A stretch of DNA of 64,000 nucleotides, taken from positions 219,374 to 283,373 of the IMG/VR virus record IMGVR_UViG_3300049460_000312. One strand, 5' to 3'. The translations under genes and the position numbers were made by a program. Under the pieces are notes generated by a model. It ran no database searches and was not told the origin of the DNA. It saw nothing but the letters and a program-made list of their open reading frames with translations. Every line of letters starts with the position of its first letter. Within the stretch, counting starts at the first letter, position 1. Positions 9,532 through 17,896 of this stretch are shown here, piece after piece.

Positions 9532-10143
9532 TTAAGCCGCCTTTTCTACCGCGTCCAGTAGACGGGTATTCCAGGGCGGCACAAAACCTTCACAGGCCGC
9601 CTTACGGGAGGTACGGCTAATGGCCCCACAGAGGATCTGGGTGCGCTGGTCCTGCGGGTATTTGAAGTGGGTCGGATGGCGTTCGTCATCCAGCGTCTCC
9701 GAGAAACCCCGGAAGCTGGCGTTGTATTCGAAACCAATCGACTCGATGAACTTCATGCTCCAGTGACAGAGGACGATTTCCCGCACACTTGTAGTGTAGA
9801 GTTTACGGGCGAGGATGTCTCCGTCTTTCACAATCAGCCACGGCTGAATCGAGCGCAGCAACATCGCGAAGAGGTCGAGACTGCCAAAGTGGCAGGCTGC
9901 CCGACTTTCATAGACCCAGTGATTGCCCTTGTTCTCTTTCACCCGCCAGCCCCAGGTCTCGAACGACTCAGCGCCCGAGGTCAGCATCGTGCGCAGTGTC
10001 GAGCTGTTGTGCAGACCCAGTAACGAGTCTTTGAACTCCGGCGGATTCGTGATGCCATACAACTGATCCAGCATGGCGATGGTCCGCGCCGGAGCTGACT
10101 TGCGGATTTTCAAGCGGGTAGCGACACCTTCATAAGCACTCAT
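9532..10143 (-). CDS. Hypothetical protein, paralogue of 8447..9100
   Basis: Shared motifs with 8447..9100; lies just downstream of an early promoter. Confidence 0.75.
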   Translation of the reverse strand: MSAYEGVATRLKIRKSAPARTIAMLDQLYGITNPPEFKDSLLGLHNSSTLRTMLTSGAESFETWGWRVKENKGNHWVYESRAACHFGSLDLFAMLLRSIQPWLIVKDGDILARKLYTTSVREIVLCHWSMKFIESIGFEYNASFRGFSETLDDERHPTHFKYPQDQRTQILCGAISRTSRKAACEGFVPPWNTRLLDAVEKAA

Positions 10144-10173
10144 TGGTAAGACCTTTCAGATATATTCCACGTA

Positions 10174-10181
10174 GTAATATA
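10174..10181 (-). promoter_or_regulatory. Putative phage early promoter TATATTAC
   Basis: Exact phiKZ early consensus on the minus strand, about 30 nt upstream of the ATG at 10143. Confidence 0.65.
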
Positions 10182-10243
10182 CGCCCAACGGAAAGTTAGA
10201 ATCAATTCCACACTATAAATTGGACAATGCCTATAAAATTTGA

Positions 10244-10279
10244 CGGCATAAAAAAGGGAGAGGGCCAATGCCCTCTCCC
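10244..10279 (-). terminator. Intrinsic terminator closing the ORF-free region
   Basis: GGGAGAGGGC-ATTG-GCCCTCTCCC followed by TTTTTTATGCCG. Confidence 0.85.
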
Positions 10280-11020
10280 GGAGTGCATTGCCTCGCGGGA
10301 ACGTTCCACCAAACGTCCCGAGATTCAACCCGCAAACAAACCACAGCTGAACGACGCCACCAGTCTTAGTGAGCGCGGGGAGGGGATACGGGCCCATCTA
10401 CCTATCTTACCCCTCCCCACCGCCTCGTCCCAGGTCACCATCAAACCTGAGCGGAGTGTGGCTAAGCCCACTCACTACCCTCATTGTTCTCCGCACCCGT
10501 AAGTGCATTGGGTCAGCTCCCAACTCAATGAAGGAACTACGCTCGTTCTAACGTAGCTTTGCTTTTTACCGCATACCAAGATAGCGGTGTTGACCTCTCC
10601 TCGTTTGCTTGGGTCTTCGAGGTTTCGCAATACCCATATCCTTCTCAGATAGGCTGGTGCTGCTGAGGTAGAGACATGCTGACGCCACTGGCGGACCTGC
10701 ACTTTTCCCTACGCTGCTGCTACCCAGGCTAGCCTTCTAAACTGATCCATGACCTTTGCATGGCTGCGTCGGCTCGTCTGCATTTGACTTTAATTGTCGA
10801 TCCCAACCGCTACACTACCTTAGTTCGTTCGAGGTGTTGTCGGTCTTACTTATCCTACTACTGGTCCGATGACTCGGGTGGAGGAACCAGTGGCAGGCTG
10901 CCGCTGTAGGAGGAGCTGGTGATCGCCTGTCACTCACGCCAGACGAAAAATGTTACCGTTCAGAAAGATAGTCCACGAGCTGCCGAACATAAAAGTTCCA
11001 TGCTGGCTTAGGGGGACATA
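10280..11020 (-). ncRNA. Candidate large structured ncRNA (about 740 nt)
   Basis: No credible ORF; more than 10 hairpins, some with UACG/CUUG-type loops; most G-U wobbles favour the minus strand; lies between a TATG motif at 11016-11019 and a terminator. Confidence 0.55.
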
Positions 11021-11097
11021 ATAATTAGGGAACTTTTTTACAGTTATCATACATAACAGCAAAAAAAAAGAACTCAGGTGGCCGAAGCCACCCAAGC

Positions 11098-11226
11098 TTA
11101 CTTGAGCCAGTGCACCAAGAGAGCAATCGCACCCAGAGCTACAACCAGCTTCAGCTTGTTCTTCTGCACTTGCACGTAGAACTCGGGTTCTTCTACGAGG
11201 CGAACGAAGACGGTACGCTTTTTCAT
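11098..11226 (-). CDS. 42-aa single-pass membrane peptide
   Basis: Manual translation MKKRTVFVRLVEEPEFYVQVQKNKLKLVVALGAIALLVHWLK; ATGA coupling; terminator follows. Confidence 0.6.
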   Translation of the reverse strand: MKKRTVFVRLVEEPEFYVQVQKNKLKLVVALGAIALLVHWLK

Positions 11227-11390
11227 GTCAGGGCTTGCACTGCGGCGTGCAGTTCTTTGTTTTCCTTGAGCACGGCGTCCAGGCGAGAACCTGCGTCACG
11301 ACACTCGGTACAGTTGCTGTGGATCAGATGCTCGACAAGTTGTTCATCGGTGAACTCTTCGTCCAGGTCCTTCTGGTGACAAATCGTCAT
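11223..11390 (-). CDS. 55-aa hypothetical microprotein
   Basis: Manual translation MTICHQKDLDEEF...; GGGAG RBS. Confidence 0.6.
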   Translation of the reverse strand: MTICHQKDLDEEFTDEQLVEHLIHSNCTECRDAGSRLDAVLKENKELHAAVQALT

Positions 11391-11393
11391 GGC

Positions 11394-11507
11394 TTATCTC
11401 CCGTAAAGCGCGATCGCGCCGACCACTAGAAGAATAAGTGACGCGGTTGAAAGTAGCCGAGGCCAGAAGAACTCGGCCAGACTGACTTCGTGTTCTCCGA
11501 CCCGCAT
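11394..11507 (-). CDS. 37-aa single-pass membrane peptide
   Basis: MRVGEHEVSLAEFFWPRLLSTASLILLVVGAIALYGR; TAATG overlap with the upstream stop. Confidence 0.55.
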   Translation of the reverse strand: MRVGEHEVSLAEFFWPRLLSTASLILLVVGAIALYGR

Positions 11508-11734
11508 TACTGCCCCTCCGGCCACATCAATGCATCAGCCTTGCCGGTGAACACCCGCCAGGCGGCCCGAAAGCGCGATACGATGCCAATGGCACATTGC
11601 GGTCGCATCGGCACCCACTTGCCATTGATTTCGGTGGAGACTTCACGGGTACACTTGACCAGGCCTGCCAGGGTCCAGATCGTGGGTTCTTGTTTGAATT
11701 CCGGCCATAGTTTCAGTTTGCGCAACAACTTCAT
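11507..11734 (-). CDS. Small conserved-type phage protein
   Basis: KWVPMRP...RFRAAWRVFTGKADALMW motif; 75 aa. Confidence 0.7.
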   Translation of the reverse strand: MKLLRKLKLWPEFKQEPTIWTLAGLVKCTREVSTEINGKWVPMRPQCAIGIVSRFRAAWRVFTGKADALMWPEGQ

Positions 11735-11779
11735 TTTTCTTTCCTTTGGTGTTGGTGACAAAAAATAACAGCATAAAGG

Positions 11780-12020
11780 AGCGCAGGGGGCGGCGATGAC
11801 CCGAGGCTAACCCGTCCCCGTCCACCGCCGCCCTTCTCCTACACCGCCCTCCCCGGATTTGCCGGACGGAGGACTATTTTCGATCGCATGCACGAAAGGT
11901 CGCACTTCCGGATACTCCCGCGTAGGAAGCAATCCGACATGGCGTACCGCACGCGACCGACGTCGCGGGAACTCCCGCGAGGGTCAGCGCCGTCGGGTCT
12001 CTCTTCCCGGGGGCGCCAGA
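11780..12020 (-). ncRNA. Candidate structured ncRNA downstream of tRNA-Asn (about 240 nt)
   Basis: Consecutive GC-rich stems: TCGCGGG-AGTT-CCCGCGA; CCCTCC..CCGG-CAAAT-CCGG-GGAGGG; GGGCGGCGGTG/CATCGCCGCCC. Confidence 0.5.
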
Positions 12021-12040
12021 CTCTTTACTACAACAATACT

Positions 12041-12116
12041 TGGCTCCCCGGGTTGGACTTGAACCAACGACCAACGGATTAACAGTCCGCTACTCTACCG
12101 ACTGAGCTACCAGGGA
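12041..12116 (-). tRNA. tRNA-Asn(GTT)
   Basis: Full cloverleaf, anticodon loop CTGTTAA, encoded CCA. Confidence 0.97.
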
Positions 12117-12132
12117 TCTACTACAGAAACAA

Positions 12133-12209
12133 TGGCGCGGCGTAGGGGACTTGAACCCCTGACCCCTGGCGTGACAGGCCAGTACTCTAACCAACTGAGC
12201 TAACACCGC
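12133..12209 (-). tRNA. tRNA-Asp(GTC)
   Basis: Full cloverleaf, anticodon loop CTGTCAC, encoded CCA. Confidence 0.97.
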
Positions 12210-12219
12210 AAACTACAAA

Positions 12220-12590
12220 ACAAGAGGCTATACTCCCAGGGGCGACAGTTCGTTCTCTCAACCGCCGCTAACGCCGCAGTCAACTCTCGATCCTGCCCTA
12301 GGGGCTATAGTCTCGCTGCTAACGAGTTAATAACTTGAAGTTCCGATTGATGGTCTTCCCTTCCTACACTTTGACGCAAGGGTATCAGCCTTCGTCTCAT
12401 TGAGTCCCCGATGGGCGCGCCTCCTTTCGGTTAGCGCGCATGAGGCGATCGCGGCCTTTCGCCGCGCTCTACGTAGTTTCCGGCACCGTCCCCTTCGGGC
12501 GGCCGTGTCTTTGCCAGAACGCCAAAGTAGCTGCTTCAGGATTCTGGTAGAGCCGGATGCGAATGCTAGTGTGAGTCTTCGCATGTAATT
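12220..12590 (-). ncRNA. Candidate structured ncRNA upstream of tRNA-Asp (about 370 nt)
   Basis: GAAA/GAAG-capped stems, nested helices, a long 3' stem pairing 12224-12242 with 12296-12314; no credible ORF. Confidence 0.55.
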
Positions 12591-12742
12591 GACCGAACGT
12601 GTATTTTTTCACTCAATCAGGTTAGGAGAAAGCCTTGAGTAAACCCACGATAATCACCTCGACAATGATGCAGGCTAACAGCAAGTCATCGAGGTCACAC
12701 GAGGGTTCGTTCCAGGGTTCGTTCGGATCTTCGACCATCGGG

Positions 12743-13450
12743 CTAGTGAACCACTCGGCCAGGCACGTCACCGTACTGCTCGTACGGCGCTTCGTCGAAG
12801 TCCTGCTGCTCGATTTCCTGTTCCGACTTCCACTGGTATTGCGAATGGAAGCCAATCAGAATTTCCAGCCACCAGACACGGGCAAAGGGCGACGGCGAGA
12901 TGGCGATCTTGTGCTCAACGCCTGCGTCGTCGGTCACGAGCAGCACGGGCATCGCCAGCCACTTGTACTTCTCCTTGATCGTGCCCGACTTGTAATCCAT
13001 CGCGATGCGCAGCTTGTGCTTCTTGAGGAAGGTGTCCTCGAACTGCTTGTTCAGCTTGAGCGACGAGAAGACGGCTTCCCAGTCTTCCTTTTCCAGCGCG
13101 GCCTTGTTCTTCACGCAGGTGATGCCGAGATTGGCCACCGCGTCACAGAAAGTGAACCAGCGATTGAAACGATCAGCCCACTCCTTGTGGGTGAGCTTGT
13201 CCTTGCGCAGCGCCGACTGTTGGTCGCTGATAATAAACGGCAGAGCTGCTTCGAATTCCGCGCGGTCGAAAATGTAGCCATCAGCTTTCGAACGCTCTTC
13301 CTCGATCTGCTTTTGCACCTCTTCGAGCGTCTGCACGATGCTGTTGTAATGCGGGTCGACTGCGTCCACCGATTCCATTTCTTGTTGCACAGCAGAGATG
13401 CCGGCTTCGATGTCAGCCTGGACGTCGTCGGGAATCTTTGAATCAGACAT
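12743..13450 (-). CDS. Hypothetical protein with an acidic coiled-coil N-terminus
   Basis: 235 aa ORF. Confidence 0.75.
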   Translation of the reverse strand: MSDSKIPDDVQADIEAGISAVQQEMESVDAVDPHYNSIVQTLEEVQKQIEEERSKADGYIFDRAEFEAALPFIISDQQSALRKDKLTHKEWADRFNRWFTFCDAVANLGITCVKNKAALEKEDWEAVFSSLKLNKQFEDTFLKKHKLRIAMDYKSGTIKEKYKWLAMPVLLVTDDAGVEHKIAISPSPFARVWWLEILIGFHSQYQWKSEQEIEQQDFDEAPYEQYGDVPGRVVH

Positions 13451-13575
13451 GGTGTACTCGGATTAGTTTGAGAGAGATGTTACGAAGGATATAGCTCGGG
13501 GTAAAAAGCGGCATAAAGAGGGAATCCAGCGACTCCCTCTTTGAATGTTTTGGTCTTTCCCGTAAAAGTGCGTTG

Positions 13576-13926
13576 TTATTGCTGATCCGTCATTTCCACG
13601 ACGATATCAAACCCCGGGGCACGAACCAACGCGCAAGCTCGAATGTGCGGCGTGCTGTGATGCGTGACCAGCTCTAGACCAGTTTCGTGGCAGAAGGTCA
13701 GCAGCGCTGACAGTCTGACCGCTTTAGTTTGCGGCTCGATGAAGGTATTCTTCATCGCTTCCAACAACTGGCCTTTTTTCTGATTGAAGGCGACGGTCTG
13801 CCCGGCCTTGTTGCGATTACGCGACAGGACGAGTCTATTACCATCTTGAGAGACAACCGTCGACTGGGAGACGAACATATCAAATTCGTCGATCAGTCGC
13901 GCACACTGTCGATATGCTGCGTCCAT
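13576..13926 (-). CDS. Hypothetical protein
   Basis: 116 aa ORF. Confidence 0.65.
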   Translation of the reverse strand: MDAAYRQCARLIDEFDMFVSQSTVVSQDGNRLVLSRNRNKAGQTVAFNQKKGQLLEAMKNTFIEPQTKAVRLSALLTFCHETGLELVTHHSTPHIRACALVRAPGFDIVVEMTDQQ

Positions 13927-14024
13927 TTTTTATTAACTCCTACGCAGTTGGTCTTAACTGCATAAGATGGACAGCATAAAGCGCAGGCCGAAACCCGCGC
14001 TTTATTGACAGGCGAGCGACTCGC

Positions 14025-14399
14025 TTAGAACGTTCCCCAGAAGGCTTTCTCGGGGAGATGCTTTGCCCATTTGCTATCAAACAGACAGTTGGGCGGCGCA
14101 TCAGCAAACAACGGTGCGATCTGCACATCGCGGAAACCCGCGTAACCACAGCCGATCCGAGTGACGTGGAAAATCCTCAGGGGATGCTGGCGAGCGTAAT
14201 CCAGAAACTTTCTCACGTTCCAGCTCACTTCCTGCAAAGACAGACTCTTGCTCCAGTCGTAGTCCTTGGTGGGAATCGCGTAACTGTTGCCTTGCGGGCC
14301 CGCGCCATTGCCTTGGAATGCACCGTAGTGTTCGACCGCAGCAAGCGCCGCGCCCGCGCCGTGGTGGCCGCTCATGTTGGAACCGAAGACGAAGATCAT
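14025..14399 (-). CDS. Macro-domain-like phage protein (A1S_2505-like family)
   Basis: IFVFGSN..G.HG.GAA, SYAIPTK and TRIGCGYAG motifs. Confidence 0.7.
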   Translation of the reverse strand: MIFVFGSNMSGHHGAGAALAAVEHYGAFQGNGAGPQGNSYAIPTKDYDWSKSLSLQEVSWNVRKFLDYARQHPLRIFHVTRIGCGYAGFRDVQIAPLFADAPPNCLFDSKWAKHLPEKAFWGTF

Positions 14400-14411
14400 G
14401 AGTGATTCTCC

Positions 14412-15014
14412 TTAAACCATCGGGTTCTGGGTGCCGACTTGCTTGTCGTACTTGCCACCCCGGTCCTTGTAGCTGACCGTGCATTGTGCATCCGTCTTGT
14501 TAAAGAGCAGCTGCGCGATCCCCTGATCGACGTAGATCTTGGAGTGGGTATTCGTCGAGTTGACGATCTCCACCACCAGGTTGCCTTCCCAGGTCGGCTC
14601 CAGCGGCGTCACCAGCGGGAACACGCCAATGCGAGCATACGTGCTCTTACCCAGACACGTCACCAGGATGTCACGCGGGATCTTGAAATACTCACGTGTG
14701 TGACCGAGCATCATGCTGTTCGGGGGCAGCACCACGTATTCCAGCCCGTCGTCGTCGACACACAGCTTCGGCTCCGTGTAGACATCCACGTTCAGCTTGC
14801 GCGCGTCCGAGAGCACACCGTTCAGGTTCGTGAACAGCTTCAGGTCGTGCGGGGAAAGGACGATATCGTAACCATACGACGACACGCCGTAGGACAGGAT
14901 CTTCTGGACGCCCTTGGGGGTTTCTTTGGTTTTGACCGATTCCCGTTCAAACGGGTAGATCATGTTTTCTTCTTCGCAGCGTTTGATAATCTGCCAGTCA
15001 GCGAGCATGGACAT
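14412..15014 (-). CDS. dcd: dCTP deaminase
   Basis: SYGVSSYGYD, GKSTYAR, PLEPTWEGNLVVEI, IAQLLF and YKDRGGKY motifs. Confidence 0.95.
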   Translation of the reverse strand: MSMLADWQIIKRCEEENMIYPFERESVKTKETPKGVQKILSYGVSSYGYDIVLSPHDLKLFTNLNGVLSDARKLNVDVYTEPKLCVDDDGLEYVVLPPNSMMLGHTREYFKIPRDILVTCLGKSTYARIGVFPLVTPLEPTWEGNLVVEIVNSTNTHSKIYVDQGIAQLLFNKTDAQCTVSYKDRGGKYDKQVGTQNPMV

Positions 15015-15039
15015 ACGTGGCTTCTTTCAGGAGAGAGGG

Positions 15040-15558
15040 TTAGCGGTTAAGTCGGGCGAGTACAGCTTTCGCCAGATCGGTGAAGGCCTTGCAGTCTTCT
15101 TCGGTAAGGAAACGGCTGAACGAGCAGGTGACGTCTTCCAGCTCATGGCGGTAATACACCTTGGCGGTGAGCAGGTTCACGTGATCAAACTCGACAAGCG
15201 AGTCAAACTGCGGGCGCAGATGGATGCCCTTGGTCTGTTCGATGAACCAGCAGTTGTTCAGCTCGACCCGGCGACGCCCTTCACAGGTGTCGTTAAAGTG
15301 CTTGACGAGCATCCCTGCGGTTTCCGGAATGATCAGCGTCGAGGTCTTGCTTTCGTACGGTGTGCCCTTCAGGGCGAAGTCACGGTGGATCTGTCGCACC
15401 GCTTCCTCGTATTCGAGCTTGTTGAAGTAGGCGAGCGCAATCGCCTGCGTGTGCAGGGCAGTGGCGAGGTGGCCACGGGCGAAGAAATTGTCTTCGTTGC
15501 TGGGCGTGTGGTTAAGCTTTTCCTGCAGGGAATGAATCAGCAATGCATTGGAAGTCAT
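15040..15558 (-). CDS. Hypothetical early protein
   Basis: 172 aa ORF downstream of the promoter motif at 15613. Confidence 0.7.
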   Translation of the reverse strand: MTSNALLIHSLQEKLNHTPSNEDNFFARGHLATALHTQAIALAYFNKLEYEEAVRQIHRDFALKGTPYESKTSTLIIPETAGMLVKHFNDTCEGRRRVELNNCWFIEQTKGIHLRPQFDSLVEFDHVNLLTAKVYYRHELEDVTCSFSRFLTEEDCKAFTDLAKAVLARLNR

Positions 15559-15612
15559 GAGAGCCTCACTAAGTGGGGGAAAGGGGTTTGTGACAAAGCC
15601 CTGTCTACGTTA

Positions 15613-15620
15613 GTAATATG
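15613..15620 (-). promoter_or_regulatory. Putative early promoter CATATTAC
   Basis: Matches the recurring motif. Confidence 0.55.
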
Positions 15621-15722
15621 TCGCCAAAGAATTCTAGACTTCACTTGTACATGCCATGGTTCTAGCAGGTAAAAAGTTTATAGCAGCATAGAGCGGGGCT
15701 TTTGGCCCCGCTCCTTATGCCG

Positions 15723-17528
15723 TTACAGCGCCGTAATCGTGCCGTCTGTGTTCAGCTGGTAATACGCACTATCCACTGTGCTCTGAACCTTTCGAGGCGA
15801 TCCGTAAAAGTCATGGGGCTTCAATCCCACGATTTCCTGGATCGTGCCACTCTTGTACGCATACACCTTGCTGGTCTGCGCGTCAATGATGACGGTGCCC
15901 GGATTCGCTGGCGCGGCTGCTACCGCCGTCGCCGTCAAGGCCGACGTCTTGTAGAGCTTCCCAGTGAGACCTTCCACGGTTTGCAGCTTGCCATCACGCA
16001 GAGACTGCAGGAATGCCACGTTCATAGCGAGCGAGAGCTTCTGCGGCATCAACCCAGGCGGTAAGGTAGCGCTGAGGCTATTGAAGATCTGCACTGCCAC
16101 ATTCCCGCCAGGTGACAAACCAAACAGGGTACGGGCTTCTGCCATCAGCTGGGCCAAGGACACCTTGCCTGCTCGGAAGGTCAATTCCGGTCGTACCACC
16201 GTACTGGCCTTGTTATACGAGAAGGGCACCCCAATGGCCTGAGTAATCACATCCCCATTCTTCATGGGCGTATTGCCCGCTGCGCCCGCATACCAGTAGG
16301 TGTAGGCCACACCACCTGAGTAATACTGCTCGCCGATGCGCTTGCCATTGAGCAGAATCTCGCCCCACACCGTACCCAGCGTGGAACCATCCAGATTCAT
16401 CGACATATTGGCCTTCCCCAGGAAAGACGCATACGCCTTGCCGCTATTCTGTTCATCCTGGTTTGTCGTCGGATTGCGCGAAGTCGAGAAGACGAATTCC
16501 GCGCCCTGGATGTTGTACACATAGCGGCCGGTGATCACGGACCCATCCGAAAGCGTCGCCAGCACGTTCAGGGTATTCAGACCAGCCGTTGAGACGCTCT
16601 GAGAGGGCACGGAGGCGGGCGCATACAAAGTCGTAGGGGTAACGACGACGATCGACTCCGAGCCGCCTGCAGCGATGTTATCGCTGTCTGCCATGCCTGC
16701 ATACAGCGGGTGGTCGCCGTAGTGGCTGCGGATGAAGCCTACGTTCACTGGCACCCGGTCCACGTTCCCCGTCAGATAGGCACCAAACTTCGAGGCGATT
16801 GCATTGGCGGTCTTGAAGAACGCCGGGTCGGTGGTCGCGACATCGGCAATCGACGTCAGGTTGTAGCCGTGGTCAGTGATGATAATAATGCCGTTCCCGT
16901 TTTCCCGGTAGGTCACGATATCGTTCACTGCTTGCGCTGTAATCCCGGGTGTAGGCTGCCAGTTGGAGCTGAGCATCAGCACACAGGCAAACTGCTCGTA
17001 ATACGCCAGATTCGGATTGAGCAGGCCACCACCATAGTCGTCCGGCGCGAGGAACGTCGGGGTGAAGCCCGCCAGCGCACAGACATTGGTCATGGTGTCG
17101 TAAAAGCCGCTACTCGATGCAGCATTATTGGCTTTCACCGCATAGTTCGCCGGTGAGATCACATCGCCCATGATCAGGACTTTCTTGTTCCCCGCTGCTA
17201 CCTTGGAGGGATTGGCCACCCAGTTCAACGCGTTATACAGATACTTACAGGCCGGGGTCAACCCCGCAAAGCTCGCCTGGGCCGGGTTCGCTCCATTGTA
17301 GAACTTGGGGAAGCCGCCGTCGTACACCACCCGCCCGCGCCCGTCTTCCGTGACTGCAATAAACGGATTGGCAGGCGTGAGGGTGTCGTAAGCGATGTAC
17401 TTGGAAATGGATGGCGCCGCCGCATTCTTCGTGACTGCGACCTGGGTGATGTCACCACTGAAGGTGAAGGAGATCGTTTGGGGATCGAAGTACGACCCCG
17501 GAGCGACGCTAGGCGTAATGGTCCCCAT
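15723..17528 (-). CDS. Putative virion/tail-associated multidomain protein
   Basis: 601 aa; N-terminal Fn3-associated-like strand pattern, central GRVVYDGGFPKFYN alpha/beta domain, beta-rich C-terminus. Confidence 0.65.
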   Translation of the reverse strand: MGTITPSVAPGSYFDPQTISFTFSGDITQVAVTKNAAAPSISKYIAYDTLTPANPFIAVTEDGRGRVVYDGGFPKFYNGANPAQASFAGLTPACKYLYNALNWVANPSKVAAGNKKVLIMGDVISPANYAVKANNAASSSGFYDTMTNVCALAGFTPTFLAPDDYGGGLLNPNLAYYEQFACVLMLSSNWQPTPGITAQAVNDIVTYRENGNGIIIITDHGYNLTSIADVATTDPAFFKTANAIASKFGAYLTGNVDRVPVNVGFIRSHYGDHPLYAGMADSDNIAAGGSESIVVVTPTTLYAPASVPSQSVSTAGLNTLNVLATLSDGSVITGRYVYNIQGAEFVFSTSRNPTTNQDEQNSGKAYASFLGKANMSMNLDGSTLGTVWGEILLNGKRIGEQYYSGGVAYTYWYAGAAGNTPMKNGDVITQAIGVPFSYNKASTVVRPELTFRAGKVSLAQLMAEARTLFGLSPGGNVAVQIFNSLSATLPPGLMPQKLSLAMNVAFLQSLRDGKLQTVEGLTGKLYKTSALTATAVAAAPANPGTVIIDAQTSKVYAYKSGTIQEIVGLKPHDFYGSPRKVQSTVDSAYYQLNTDGTITAL

Positions 17529-17536
17529 GTTTCACC

Positions 17537-17896
17537 TCAGACTTCATTCAGGACAACAAATACCCGGATGATAAACGACAGCGTCGCCGTGTGCTGGTTT
17601 ACCACCCGTACCTGGCCGGTTTCCTTGAAGCCGATGCCGGCCACCGCACCCGCCGGCACGTAAAAACCGTTAGTGGGGGAACCTACGTCCGTATCGAGCA
17701 CATACACTTCAATTTCGGTCTTGGTCAGGTTGTACTTGGCTGCGTCGGCGCCTAGCGCAGCGGCACAGTCAAAGTCCCACACCTGAGCTGCAGTGAGGTC
17801 AGTCTTGGCCACATTGAGATAAGAGCGCCGCCCATACAGCGCCGCCTTGGACACGAGAATCGCGTCCTTCAGATTAGGGTAAGGTCCGGTAGCCAT
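17537..17896 (-). CDS. Putative virion protein
   Basis: Start at MATGPYPN; 119 aa; adjacent to 15723..17528. Confidence 0.65.
   Translation of the reverse strand: MATGPYPNLKDAILVSKAALYGRRSYLNVAKTDLTAAQVWDFDCAAALGADAAKYNLTKTEIEVYVLDTDVGSPTNGFYVPAGAVAGIGFKETGQVRVVNQHTATLSFIIRVFVVLNEV

Noticed and set aside
12220-12600. tmRNA, RNase P RNA or group I intron identity for the 370-nt element
   Set aside because: No tRNA-like T-arm/CCA end, no GAGGAAAGUCC-type P4, and the GAGACTATAG/TATAGCCTC pairing is only loosely P7-like with no interrupted host gene
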